Source: an uncultured Anaerolineales bacterium (GTDB lineage: Bacteria; Chloroflexota; Anaerolineae; Anaerolineales; JABWBV01). Taken from it: a stretch of DNA of 64,000 nucleotides. Every line of letters starts with the position of its first letter. The first letter of the stretch is position 1. Location: positions 68,934 to 132,933 of the forward strand of contig CAZAYY010000010.1 of NCBI GenBank assembly GCA_964489525.1. The letters are read 5' to 3'. A model generated the notes under the pieces. The model saw only the letters and a list, made by a program, of their open reading frames with translations. It searched no databases and was not told the DNA's origin. This document shows, one piece after another, positions 8,154 to 18,003 of this stretch. The position numbers and the translations under genes were made by a program.

Positions 8154-8795
8154 GTGAATTTCCCTGAACAAACCGCAGCCCCAAACGCCCTGTATACGCA
8201 TCAAACCGAACCCCTGCTCATTGTCATTTGCGGCACTTCCGGCGTGGGGAAAGATACCGTCATCCACCGCATCAACCAGCACTCCACACAATTTCACTTC
8301 GTGGTAACCACAACCAACCGCGCCAAACGCACCAAAGAAGTGGATGGGGTGGATTACATCTTCGTCAGCGATGAAGAATTTCAACGCATGATCGAAAACA
8401 ACGAACTGCTCGAATACGCCAGGGTGTATGATCATTACAAAGGGGTAAGCAAAGCCCAGGTGCAGCAGGCTTTTGACAGCGGGAAAGATGTCATCGTCCG
8501 GGTAGACGTTCAAGGTGCAACCACGCTGCGCCGGCTTTTTCCCGATGCTTTGCTGATTTTCATCACCACCCGCACCGAAGAAGAGCTGCGCACCCGCCTG
8601 CAAAAACGCAACACCGAAAGCGCCGAACAAATTGAACAGCGCATTGCAGCTGCCCGGGTGGAGCTGGAAAGCCTGCCCATTTTCGATTATGTGGTATTCA
8701 ATGAACCGGATATGCTGGAAAAAACAGCGCAGCTTGTGCTGGGCATCATCCAGAGTGAACACTTAAAAGTCCATCACAGGAAAGTGAATTTGTGA
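8154..8795 (+). CDS. gmk: guanylate kinase
   Basis: P-loop CGTSGVGKDT, TTTNRAKRTKEVDGVDYIFVS, ELLEYARVYDHYKG. Confidence 0.85.
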   Translation: MNFPEQTAAPNALYTHQTEPLLIVICGTSGVGKDTVIHRINQHSTQFHFVVTTTNRAKRTKEVDGVDYIFVSDEEFQRMIENNELLEYARVYDHYKGVSKAQVQQAFDSGKDVIVRVDVQGATTLRRLFPDALLIFITTRTEEELRTRLQKRNTESAEQIEQRIAAARVELESLPIFDYVVFNEPDMLEKTAQLVLGIIQSEHLKVHHRKVNL

Positions 8796-9592
8796 ATCCA
8801 ACCCCCTATTCCAACCCACCCCCAACCGAAGGCGCCATCCCCGACGCACCACCGCCTAACTCCGTCTCTGTCCAGGTTGCCTATGCCGCCCAAACCCCCT
8901 GGGTAAGCTACACCATCATGGCCATCACTGTGCTGGTCTACCTGGCCCAGATGGGCACCCAGGTTTTCTATGGGGTAGATTACCCGGCGGCCTACGGGGT
9001 GAAATATGCCCCGCTGATTTTGGAAAATGGGCAGTGGTGGCGCCTGTTCACGCCCTTGCTGCTGCATGGCAGCATCATCCACATTGCTTTCAATATGTAC
9101 GCCCTCAACCTGATTGGGACCGAACTGGAAAAACATTACGGCCACGGACGCTACCTGATGCTATACCTGGGGGCGGGTTTTGCTGGCAATGTGCTGTCCA
9201 TGCTGCTGACCCCCGCCCCATCCCTGGGGGCCTCGACCGCCTTATTTGGCATGCTTGGGGCACAGGGGATTTTTATCTACCTCAATCGGGGGTGGATGGG
9301 CAGCCGCTCGCGGCGTGCGCTTGGCAGCATTGTCCAAATCCTGGTGATTAACCTGCTGATTGGCCTGGCACCCGGACTGGACAACTGGGGGCATTTGGGT
9401 GGGCTGATTGGCGGGGCGATTTTCGCCTGGTTTGCCGGCCCTGTGTTGGCGTTGGAGGGGATTTACCCCGATTACCGGCTGGCCGATAAACGCAGCCTGC
9501 AGCAAGCCTGGCTTGCGATTGCCGGAGTGTTCTTGCTTTTTGCAGCGCTGGCTTTCAGCGCGTACTTTGTGGATTTTTGGCCGGGGGTTTAA
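8792..9592 (+). CDS. rhomboid family intramembrane serine protease
   Basis: WWRLFTPLLLHGSIIHIAFNMYAL, GASTALFG (GxSxxxF) and HLGGLIGG. Polytopic. Confidence 0.85.
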   Translation: MNPTPYSNPPPTEGAIPDAPPPNSVSVQVAYAAQTPWVSYTIMAITVLVYLAQMGTQVFYGVDYPAAYGVKYAPLILENGQWWRLFTPLLLHGSIIHIAFNMYALNLIGTELEKHYGHGRYLMLYLGAGFAGNVLSMLLTPAPSLGASTALFGMLGAQGIFIYLNRGWMGSRSRRALGSIVQILVINLLIGLAPGLDNWGHLGGLIGGAIFAWFAGPVLALEGIYPDYRLADKRSLQQAWLAIAGVFLLFAALAFSAYFVDFWPGV

Positions 9593-9607
9593 CGGGCTGC
9601 TGGGGAA

Positions 9608-10387
9608 TTAAGTGTATTTGGGTTCGCGCTTCTCGCGGAATGCAGCCAGCCCTTCTTTGTGTTCGGGCTGCTGCCCGGCAATATCCTGGACATGGGCTTC
9701 GTAATCCAACACTTCTTCCAGGTTGGGAAAAACCGCCTTGTTAAAGTCGCGCTTGGCCAAACCCATGGCATGCACCGGACCTTTGGCCAGTTCAGCAGCC
9801 CAGGCTGCAGCCGCCTCCGTTAGGGTTTCGGCTGGCACCACCCGGTTGACCAGCCCCCAGTCCAGGGCCTGCTCGGCGGTTATGGGCTGATTGCTGAAGG
9901 CAAACTCGGCGGCGCGCCCCAGGCCAATCAGCCTGGGCAGGGTGAGCGAAACTGCCGAATCGGGCGCCAGGCCAATGCCCAAGAAGCCCACCACAAAACG
10001 GGCGTTCTCGGCAGCAATGCGCAAATCGCAGGCCAGGGCAATGCCCAGGGCAGCGCCTGCCACCGCACCGTGAATGGCGGCAATGACCGGTTTTTCCAAC
10101 TGGCGCAGCTGCAAAACCAGCGGGTTATAGGTGTTTTGCAAATGTTTGCGAAAAGAAACATGCTCCCCTTCACCAAACTCAGATACATCCTGCCCGGCGC
10201 TGAACAGCTTCCCGGCGCCTGCCAAAACCACCACCCGGGTTTGCGGGTCGCGCCCGGCCTGCTTAAGCTGCTGCAGAAGGGCCCGCGTCATTTCGGAGTT
10301 AAACGCGTTGGCCTTTGGGCGGTTGAGGTAAATCGTCAGAACGCCTTCGTGCTGTTCCGAATGGATCGGGGTTTGCATTTCACTCAT
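9608..10387 (-). CDS. enoyl-CoA hydratase/isomerase family protein
   Basis: MSEMQTPIHSEQHEGVLTIYLNRPKANAFN..., AGKLFSAGQDV, AAIHGAVAGAALGIALACD. Start moved to ATG 10387, which overlaps the upstream gene's stop by 8 nt. ATG 10378 is an alternative. Confidence 0.85.
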   Translation of the reverse strand: MSEMQTPIHSEQHEGVLTIYLNRPKANAFNSEMTRALLQQLKQAGRDPQTRVVVLAGAGKLFSAGQDVSEFGEGEHVSFRKHLQNTYNPLVLQLRQLEKPVIAAIHGAVAGAALGIALACDLRIAAENARFVVGFLGIGLAPDSAVSLTLPRLIGLGRAAEFAFSNQPITAEQALDWGLVNRVVPAETLTEAAAAWAAELAKGPVHAMGLAKRDFNKAVFPNLEEVLDYEAHVQDIAGQQPEHKEGLAAFREKREPKYT

Positions 10388-10748
10388 CGTCTTCCTCGTC
10401 AAATTCATCATCAAAACCGAGTTCCAGTTCGATATCGTCGTTCGGGATGCGCACCCAAAGCAGCAGCACATCTCCCTCGTTCGTAGCAACCGAACGGGCG
10501 GCCACAATCGGCGTTTCAGCCTCCAAGCCGTCCATGTTGCGGTAAACCAGGTGCATCGGTTCCTGCGCCCGCCAGGCGCGGTGGCAGCGCTCCACCAGGG
10601 AAGCGCCGTTAAAGGTGCGCAGCCGGGTGACGGCTAAATCGGCCAGGTTGGCGCTTTCATTCAATCCGTAAGCCCAACCTTCCACAACATTTTCAAAAAC
10701 CGGGGGAGGCCCCTCAATAATCGTAATCTGGTTGTCGTTGGTGTCCAT
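10380..10748 (-). CDS. hypothetical protein with acidic C-terminus
   Basis: Start at ATG 10748 (MDTNDNQITIIEGPPPVFE...) preceded by GAGGA. No family recognised. Confidence 0.5.
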   Translation of the reverse strand: MDTNDNQITIIEGPPPVFENVVEGWAYGLNESANLADLAVTRLRTFNGASLVERCHRAWRAQEPMHLVYRNMDGLEAETPIVAARSVATNEGDVLLLWVRIPNDDIELELGFDDEFDEEDDE

Positions 10749-10880
10749 GTTATCCTCAAACGGCTTAATCAGCAGGCAGGGTAAATATCCATAGGGTGTT
10801 GGCCCTTTCCCGATCATCGGGGAACCATAAGCACAGGTGATGGGAGATATCATACCATAAACGCTTTTTCATGTAATCAC

Positions 10881-11010
10881 GTTTTCAACCGTGGTCCCCA
10901 TCCACCCCGTAGGGGTGAAACGATTATAGAAACCGGCACAGCCTGCCCGCCAATGCCGTAGGCATGGCATAATCTGCCCCTTGCCAACAGCGACGAAGAT
11001 TTTTTGCATG
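10881..11010 (-). repeat. ~130-bp interspersed repeat, copy A (inverted relative to copy B at 36257-36386)
   Basis: Ungapped alignment of the reverse complement with 36257-36386 gives 83/130 identities (56/80 in the core), including the identical 10-mer ATGCCATGCC (13/14 identical over the flanking GAT(T/A)ATGCCATGCC). Confidence 0.55.
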
Positions 11011-11078
11011 GTCGCCACCCACCCCCACAGGGGATATAATTTCAGGGTCAAGACCAGGCAGTTGCAGGAGGCTGCGCC

Positions 11079-11477
11079 ATGTATAAATTGATGATTTTGA
11101 TTGAACAACCCGAAGACCCCGAAACTTTTGAAGACCTTTGGCCCCAGTTCATCCAGTGGGCGGACCAAATTCCCGGCCTGGTGCGCATCATCAGCAGCGT
11201 GGTGGAATACCCCATCCAGGAGCGCTACCCATGTATGCGCGTCCATGAGCTGCTGTTTAACACCCTCGAAGAAGCCGAAGCCGGCTTGAACTCGGTGCAT
11301 GGCACGAAAGCAGGCAAAACCCTCAACCTGATGACCCAGGGCAAAGTGACCCTGCTCATGGCTTTGCACCTTGAAGACGAAGCCCTGAATGTGCAACACC
11401 CGGCGCGGGCCAAAGAACCTCCACCCCCGCAGCCCCTGCCCACCACAGCCGCCCCACCGAACGAGGACGCGGCTTGA
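11079..11477 (+). CDS. EthD domain / Dabb-like small protein
   Basis: MYKLMILIEQPEDPETFEDLWPQFIQWADQIPGL... resembles the EthD family. Pro-rich tail. Confidence 0.55.
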   Translation: MYKLMILIEQPEDPETFEDLWPQFIQWADQIPGLVRIISSVVEYPIQERYPCMRVHELLFNTLEEAEAGLNSVHGTKAGKTLNLMTQGKVTLLMALHLEDEALNVQHPARAKEPPPPQPLPTTAAPPNEDAA

Positions 11478-12226
11478 AACCCATCCCGCTGAAGCCGGAA
11501 GCCCGCCCCAACCGGGGACTGCGGTTGGTGGTGGGGGTGATTGTCGTGCTGGCAGCGGCCGCGGGCTACCTTGGATACAGCTGGTTGGCACGCAGCGGGC
11601 AGCGCTACAGCCAGGTTTGGGCCTGGTTTCAAGACCCGGCCAGCCTGGAAGCCCAACGTATGCAAATCGGAACCCGCTGCGGCGATGCCCCCTTTCTCAT
11701 GCCCACCAACGGGCTGGTGGGCTTCATTTGGGGCGACTCCTTTCGCCCGGGGCACACCCACCAGGGGTTAGACATCTTCGGCGGCGAAGGGCTGAACGTC
11801 ACCCCGGTGGTGGCGGCTTACCCAGGCTACCTCACCCGAGAGGCCGACTGGAAATCTTCCCTGATTATCCGCATCCCATCCGACCCGCTCAACCCGCAGC
11901 GCCAAATTTGGACTTACTATACCCACCTGGCCGACAGCCAGGGCAATTCGTATATCGTGCCCGATTTTCCCCCCGGAACCCGCGAGGTATATGTGGAGGC
12001 GGGTACCCTTCTCGGCTACCAGGGCAACTACTCCGGCGACCCAAACAACCCCACCGGGGTTCATCTACACTTCTCGATTGTTAAAGACAACGGGCAGGGC
12101 GGCTACCTGAACGAACTGGACATTGATAACACCTACGACCCATCTCCCTATCTCAACCTGGAGGCCAACGCCTCTGAAAACCAGGACGATATCCCCTTCT
12201 GCCCGCCAGAACAGGTGCGGCCATGA
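11474..12226 (+). CDS. M23 family metallopeptidase, membrane anchored
   Basis: N-terminal TM helix, HQGLDIFG (HxxxD) and GVHLHFSIV (HxH). Confidence 0.8.
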   Translation: MKPIPLKPEARPNRGLRLVVGVIVVLAAAAGYLGYSWLARSGQRYSQVWAWFQDPASLEAQRMQIGTRCGDAPFLMPTNGLVGFIWGDSFRPGHTHQGLDIFGGEGLNVTPVVAAYPGYLTREADWKSSLIIRIPSDPLNPQRQIWTYYTHLADSQGNSYIVPDFPPGTREVYVEAGTLLGYQGNYSGDPNNPTGVHLHFSIVKDNGQGGYLNELDIDNTYDPSPYLNLEANASENQDDIPFCPPEQVRP

Positions 12227-12966
12227 GCAGCCCAACAAACACCGGAGGTAGCATGTCAGAATTTGCAGACAAAGTTGTTCTGATAACCGGCGCCGGGCGC
12301 GGCCTGGGGGCTGCGCTCGCCAGGGCCTTTGCCGCCCGGGGTGCCCGTTTGGCCATCAACGATATCAACCCCGACCACGCCGGGCGCGTGGTGGACGAGA
12401 TTCGGGCAGCGGGTGGGCAGGCCAAAGAATACCTGGTAGACATTTCCAAAAAAATGCCCGTGCAGCAAATGGCGAACGCGATTGAAGACGATTGGGGGCG
12501 GGTGGACATTGTGGTCAACGCCGCGGCGGTGCGGCCGCAAAAGCCCCTGCTGGACCTGGACGAATGGGACCTGCACCGGGCGGTGGAAGTGAACCTGGTG
12601 GGGCCTTTTTTGGCGGCCCAGGTTTTTGGGCGGCTGATGCGCGCCCACGGGCAGGGCGGGGTGATCGTCAACCTGAGCAGTTCATTTGACTACGCCCAAC
12701 AGGCCGGGGCAGGCGCGGTGTATTTCGCCAGCAAAGGCGGGCTGGAAGCACTCACCCAGGCCGCCGCCCGCGAACTGGCAGGGTTCAATGTGCGCATCTT
12801 TGCATTACGGCTGGGACTGGTTACCGAAAGCGGCCCCTTTTCCGCCGCGCCGCGCCCGTCGAATACGCTGGAACAGCCCATTGAAACCACGCAGGAACTG
12901 GCCGCAACGGTGTTTGCCCTGTGCAGCCCGGCAGCAGCCCACCTAAGCGGGCGGGTGTTCGGCTAG
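12223..12966 (+). CDS. SDR family oxidoreductase (FabG-like)
   Basis: VVLITGAGRGLGAALA (TGxxxGxG), NAAAV, YFASKGG (YxxxK). Confidence 0.85.
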   Translation: MSSPTNTGGSMSEFADKVVLITGAGRGLGAALARAFAARGARLAINDINPDHAGRVVDEIRAAGGQAKEYLVDISKKMPVQQMANAIEDDWGRVDIVVNAAAVRPQKPLLDLDEWDLHRAVEVNLVGPFLAAQVFGRLMRAHGQGGVIVNLSSSFDYAQQAGAGAVYFASKGGLEALTQAAARELAGFNVRIFALRLGLVTESGPFSAAPRPSNTLEQPIETTQELAATVFALCSPAAAHLSGRVFG

Positions 12967-14795
12967 GGGTAAGCGGGTTGGGTCGGGAATAACGTCGGCT
13001 CAGGATACCCGCCGGGCGACGTGGTGGGGGTTGGGAACGAGGTTGGGGCGGGGTAGCCGCCAGATGGGGTGGCGGTGGGGAAGGCCGGCTGGGTGGGGGC
13101 GGGGTATCCGCCTGGTGTTGGGGTAGAAAACGGTTCGGGTGTGGCCAGGTCTTCCGGTTGGGTTGGCAGGCGGTCGCGGGTCACTCGCTCCACATATTGA
13201 ATGGCATTCTGGCAGGTGGGGCTTAACCGGCTGGACACGGTTTGCCAGTTCAACGTGCCGTCCTGGCGCAGGGCATTTTGCAAAGCCGTCAGCAGGCAGC
13301 CCGCTCCGGCGTTGTAGTTTACCAGGGTATAGCGCCACAAATCTTCATACGTGCTCACCGCCCCTGGCGTTTTGCCAGTTACCCCATGCACCATGTAGGC
13401 CACCTGCTCACAGTTGCCCAGCAGGGTTTGGGCAAACAGGTCCACCGTGTTGGCGGCATGGGCCAGGTCAATGCCCTGGTCACAGGTGGGGCAGTTGGCG
13501 TTGGTGCGCGAAGCCAGGGCGCCGCGCAAAATGGCCTGCTGATCCGTGGTCAGCTGGGCATACCCTTTCGCGCAGGTGTCTTCATAAAAAACCAGGCGGC
13601 AAAACTCGTTGTAAAACGAAACGTTCCACAAAAGCGCCGTATCAGCCCCCAGGTCGGTGAGCTGCCCCAGGCCAAACTCATCTTTAATAATCTCGCCGGG
13701 CCAAAACTGGCTCTCCTGGGCAAAAATATTCTTTAACAACTGGGCAGGAATCTGCGTATTCTGGGAAGCATTCCAGATATGCTCGTCAAAAATATTCTGC
13801 CAGTCATTCACTTCCAGGCGGGCTTTGTCCAGGCCGCAGATATTGGCAGCGCCATTCGAAAGCAAGCCGCCGTTTTCGCACTCTGTGGCATCTACCACGT
13901 TCATGCTAATCAACTGCCCGGCCAGGAAAACAAAAGGTGTTTCCGAAGCCAGCCCTGCCGGAGAGTCGGGAGTTTTCAACCAGTTGGGCGGCTCGCCAAT
14001 TGGCAAGAAAGCCTCCCACGATGCGGTGCAGCTGTTGTTATTCTGGCTGAGCCATTGGGTGCTGTACACATCTACAATCCAAAACGGGCGGCCGGTTTCG
14101 GCAGAAATACCGCCATCCACCACTCGCACCCGCCCGGTGAAGCGTTTGGTTGAATCACCAAAACTGGAATCGGCCCAAAATTCAATGTCGGTGCCGTTGA
14201 GCGAAGTGGGCTGCAGCGGAAGCTGGCAGGCATAGCCCGGGCAGTCATAGAAATTTGCCCCCATGCGAATGTGCAGGGCGGTAATCTGCTCGTTGGGCAG
14301 CGGTTCATCGCCGTAAAACACCAGGGCGGGAAGATCGTAGCAAATATTCTGGGGTGGGGTGGGGACACAGCCCGAAAGCGTCAGCCGGATGGTGGGCAGG
14401 GGCAAATCCACCACCATCACCCGCTGAGTGGCAACCTGGCCGATGTAGTACAGGTACAGGCCGGGACAGTTCTGGGTGGAGCCGCCCAAAGCTGCATCGG
14501 GGCAAGGGGCTGTTGCAATCCAGCGGTTATAGGCTGCCGAGCCGCAGTTTGAAAAAACCTCCACCGCCGTGGGCAAACCCTCATGTTCCACCGAAACGGT
14601 GCAAACCACGGCGTTATCTTTCCACTGGGCCAGCCACCAGCTGTGCACATTCACCGGCACCAAAATCTCTTTCTGACGCGCGGGGGTGGCCAACAGCGCC
14701 TGGGATGCCGAAGCGCGTTTCGACCATTCGATTCCCCCAAGCAGCAAAACGACTGCTGCAGCCGCAAAAAAACTGATGCGAATCCACAAGCGCAT
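12963..14795 (-). CDS. exported protein with lytic transglycosylase (SLT)-like domain and C-terminal GGYP(A/E)PT repeats
   Basis: N-terminal hydrophobic signal. IFAQESQFWPGEIIKDEFGLGQLT resembles the SLT E-S...GLxQ motif. Pro/Thr-rich tail with three GGYPxPT repeats. Confidence 0.55.
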   Translation of the reverse strand: MRLWIRISFFAAAAVVLLLGGIEWSKRASASQALLATPARQKEILVPVNVHSWWLAQWKDNAVVCTVSVEHEGLPTAVEVFSNCGSAAYNRWIATAPCPDAALGGSTQNCPGLYLYYIGQVATQRVMVVDLPLPTIRLTLSGCVPTPPQNICYDLPALVFYGDEPLPNEQITALHIRMGANFYDCPGYACQLPLQPTSLNGTDIEFWADSSFGDSTKRFTGRVRVVDGGISAETGRPFWIVDVYSTQWLSQNNNSCTASWEAFLPIGEPPNWLKTPDSPAGLASETPFVFLAGQLISMNVVDATECENGGLLSNGAANICGLDKARLEVNDWQNIFDEHIWNASQNTQIPAQLLKNIFAQESQFWPGEIIKDEFGLGQLTDLGADTALLWNVSFYNEFCRLVFYEDTCAKGYAQLTTDQQAILRGALASRTNANCPTCDQGIDLAHAANTVDLFAQTLLGNCEQVAYMVHGVTGKTPGAVSTYEDLWRYTLVNYNAGAGCLLTALQNALRQDGTLNWQTVSSRLSPTCQNAIQYVERVTRDRLPTQPEDLATPEPFSTPTPGGYPAPTQPAFPTATPSGGYPAPTSFPTPTTSPGGYPEPTLFPTQPAYP

Positions 14796-15049
14796 ACTGC
14801 AAGGATACCATAACCCAGGAAATTTTTCACAAGGGATTGGTGATAAGTTGATGAAAGTTTGGCTTCAAACGAGCGCAGCAATTGAGAAAAAAGCAGCGCC
14901 TCGCAAAAATATCGTAAAAACAGGCTCGGTAGTTCTTGGGGCTTCTCAGTAACCCTCTGTGAAATGAACTTATCAGGCGCAGCCATTTTTCATACACTGG
15001 TACAGCCCAGGGCGATTTCCCATCGGCTTTTTTACATTATAATTATCCC

Positions 15050-17884
15050 ATGCCACCTACTTTATACCTGATTGACGGACATGCCCTGGCCTACCGCACG
15101 TATTATGCCCTGACTGGCGCAGGCGACAGCTCGCGCTGGCTCACCAGCAAAGGCGAACCCACGGCGGGGGTTTTTGGTTTTGCCAGCGTTTTGCTGCGCT
15201 ACCTGGAGCAAGACCGCCCGGACTACCTGGCGGTTGCTTTTGACGTGGGTAAAACCTTTCGCGATGATATTTTCCCCGATTACAAAGCCACCCGCGAGAA
15301 AATGCCGGACGATTTGCGGGTGCAGATCGGGCGCATCCAGCAAATGGTGGATATTTTCAACATCCCCCGGCTGGAGATGGAAGGCTATGAGGCCGACGAT
15401 GTGCTGGGCAGCGTGGCCCGCAAGGCCGCCGCCCAGGGGCTGGGGGTGAAGATTATCACCGGCGACCGGGATTTGCTCCAGTTGGTGGACAGCCGGATTG
15501 TCGTTTCGCTGCCAGAGGGCAAAACCCTGGCCGATTCGAAAGAATATACCCCGCCAGAAGTGGTGGAGCGGATGGGCGTGCGCCCCGACCAGGTGGTGGA
15601 TTTAAAAGCGCTTCAAGGCGACAAATCGGATAACATCCCTGGTGTGGCCGGGGTGGGCGAAAAAACCGCCACCAAGCTGCTCACCGAATATGGCACCCTG
15701 GATGGCATTTACGCTCATTTGGATGAAATTAAAGGCAGCCTGCAGCAAAAACTGCGCGACCAGCGCGAGCAGGCCTACTTAAGCCAGCGCCTGGCGCGCA
15801 TCATCACCGACCTGGATATTCCACTGGACCTGGACCAGGCCCGGCTGGATAATTTTGACCCGGGCGCCGTGGAAGAACTGTTCCGCGAGCTTGAGTTTCG
15901 CACCCTGCTCAAACGGCTGCAAGAGCTGGCCAAATATTTCGGCAAGGTGATTCCGCCCCCGCCCCCGCCTGCCACCCGCCAGATGTCCATGTTTGACCCC
16001 CCGCCGGGCGAACCACCAGCCGCCGCGCAGCTGCCCATTTCACCGCTGCGCGTGGAGGCACCCATTGCAGTGGAAGTGGTCCAAACGCCCGCGGCGCTGG
16101 AAGCGCTGGTGAGCACGCTCAACGCCGCCGAGTGGATTGCCTTTGACACCGAAACCACAGCAACCGACCCGCTGCAAGCCAGGCTGGTGGGCATTTCGCT
16201 GGCGGTTGCGCCGGGCAAGGGCTATTACATTCCGGTGGGCCACGCAGCCCCCCCAGGCAGCCAGTTGGCCCTCGATACGGTGATCGAAGCGCTGCGCCCC
16301 CCGCTGACCAACCCGAAAATCCAAAAAGTGGGGCACAACGCCAAGTACGACTATCTTATGCTGGCCCAACAAGGGCTGCAGATTGCACCCATTTCATTTG
16401 ACACGATGATTGCCGAATGGCTGCGCGACCCGGCTTCGCGCAACCTGGGCCTGAAAAAGCTGGCCTGGGTCAATCTGGGTGCGTCCATGACCGAAATTGA
16501 AGAGCTGCTTGGCAAGGGAAAGAACCAGCGCACGATGGACCAGGTGCCAGTCGAGCAGGCGGCAGCCTATGCCGCCCACGACGCCGAAGTTACCCTGCGC
16601 CTGGTTCCGGGGCTGCAAACTGCCCTGGAACAAACCCAGGCCAACCGGGTATTTGCCGAAATTGAAATGCCCCTGGTTGAGGTGCTGGCTGGCATGGAAA
16701 TGGCTGGCATCACCCTGGATGTCCCCTTTCTGCACGAAATGGCCTTTGAACTGCGCCAGCAGCTGGCCGCCCTGGAAACCCGGGTGCACGAAGCCGTTGG
16801 CCAGCCCTTCAACCTCAACTCCCCACAGCAGCTTTCGGATGCCCTGTTTAAAAGGCTGCGGCTCGACCCGCCCGACCGCACCCGCAAAACGGCCAGCGGG
16901 CACTATTCCACCGCAGCCGATGTACTCGATGCCTTACGCGGCCAACACCCGGTTGTGGAGTGGATTTTGGAACACCGCGAATACGCCAAGCTGCTCTCCA
17001 CCTACGTGGAAGCCCTGCCCACCCAGGTGAACCCCCGCACCGGGCGGGTGCATACCTCCTACAACCAGACCGGCTCGGTAACCGGGCGGATTGCCTCCTC
17101 CGAGCCCAACCTGCAAAACATTCCCATCCGCACCGAGTTGGGTCGGAGGGTTCGGCGGGCGTTTGTGGCCGCCCCGGGGCATGCCCTGCTGGCGGTGGAC
17201 TATTCCCAGGTGGAGCTGCGCATTGTGGCCCACATGTCCAACGACCAGGCCATGCTGGCTGCCTTCCAGGCCGGTCAGGATATTCACGCCGCCACGGCTG
17301 CGGCAGTTTTGAGCATTCCACTGGAGCAGGTCACCAGTGCCCAGCGCCGCCACGCCAAAGCGATTAACTTCGGGCTGATATACGGCATGAGTGCTTTTGG
17401 CCTGACCCGCACCACTGACCTGACCCTGGCCGAGTCGGAAAATTTTGTAGAGGCTTATTTCCAACAATTTCCAGGGGTCAAGCGCTACCTGGACGGCATC
17501 CGGCGCAAAGCCGCCCAACAGGGCTATGTGGAAACGCTGCTGGGCCGCCGGCGCTACTTCCCCGGCCTGGCCACCCAGGGCAACCAGGCCATTCGCAGCC
17601 GCGAAGAACGCGAAGCCATCAACGCCCCCATCCAGGGCACCGCAGCTGACATTATGAAACTGGCCATGATCCACATGCCGCAAGCCCTGGCCAAAGCCGG
17701 GCTGGGCGCCCGGATGCTTTTACAGGTACACGATGAATTGATCTTCGAGTGCCCCCTGGCCGAATTGGCAGAAACCGCCCGGCTGGTCAAAACCGTGATG
17801 GCAGGTGCTTACACACTGCAAGTGCCGCTAATTACCGAAGCCCGTTCCGGCCCCAACTGGTACCAAATGGCGGTAATCCCCTGA
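15050..17884 (+). CDS. polA: DNA polymerase I
   Basis: 944 aa with a 5'-nuclease N-terminus (LIDGHALAYRTYYAL), a 3'-5' exonuclease region and polymerase motifs (DYSQVELRI, RRHAKAINFGLIYG, QVHDELIFE). Confidence 0.95.
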   Translation: MPPTLYLIDGHALAYRTYYALTGAGDSSRWLTSKGEPTAGVFGFASVLLRYLEQDRPDYLAVAFDVGKTFRDDIFPDYKATREKMPDDLRVQIGRIQQMVDIFNIPRLEMEGYEADDVLGSVARKAAAQGLGVKIITGDRDLLQLVDSRIVVSLPEGKTLADSKEYTPPEVVERMGVRPDQVVDLKALQGDKSDNIPGVAGVGEKTATKLLTEYGTLDGIYAHLDEIKGSLQQKLRDQREQAYLSQRLARIITDLDIPLDLDQARLDNFDPGAVEELFRELEFRTLLKRLQELAKYFGKVIPPPPPPATRQMSMFDPPPGEPPAAAQLPISPLRVEAPIAVEVVQTPAALEALVSTLNAAEWIAFDTETTATDPLQARLVGISLAVAPGKGYYIPVGHAAPPGSQLALDTVIEALRPPLTNPKIQKVGHNAKYDYLMLAQQGLQIAPISFDTMIAEWLRDPASRNLGLKKLAWVNLGASMTEIEELLGKGKNQRTMDQVPVEQAAAYAAHDAEVTLRLVPGLQTALEQTQANRVFAEIEMPLVEVLAGMEMAGITLDVPFLHEMAFELRQQLAALETRVHEAVGQPFNLNSPQQLSDALFKRLRLDPPDRTRKTASGHYSTAADVLDALRGQHPVVEWILEHREYAKLLSTYVEALPTQVNPRTGRVHTSYNQTGSVTGRIASSEPNLQNIPIRTELGRRVRRAFVAAPGHALLAVDYSQVELRIVAHMSNDQAMLAAFQAGQDIHAATAAAVLSIPLEQVTSAQRRHAKAINFGLIYGMSAFGLTRTTDLTLAESENFVEAYFQQFPGVKRYLDGIRRKAAQQGYVETLLGRRRYFPGLATQGNQAIRSREEREAINAPIQGTAADIMKLAMIHMPQALAKAGLGARMLLQVHDELIFECPLAELAETARLVKTVMAGAYTLQVPLITEARSGPNWYQMAVIP

Positions 17885-18003
17885 CCTTTCGGTTATAATT
17901 GCCCTGGTACAATACCCTCAACGCGAAAAGCCAGCGCTGCAAACCAGGCGCAGCCGATTCATCCCTACACACAGGCCGCCGGGCCTGAATAAGAGAGCAC
18001 GCT

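Noticed and set aside
10869-11591. 240-aa minus-strand ORF
   Set aside because: It covers the repeat copy A and runs antisense through the EthD-like gene and into the M23 peptidase gene. Its composition is low-complexity.
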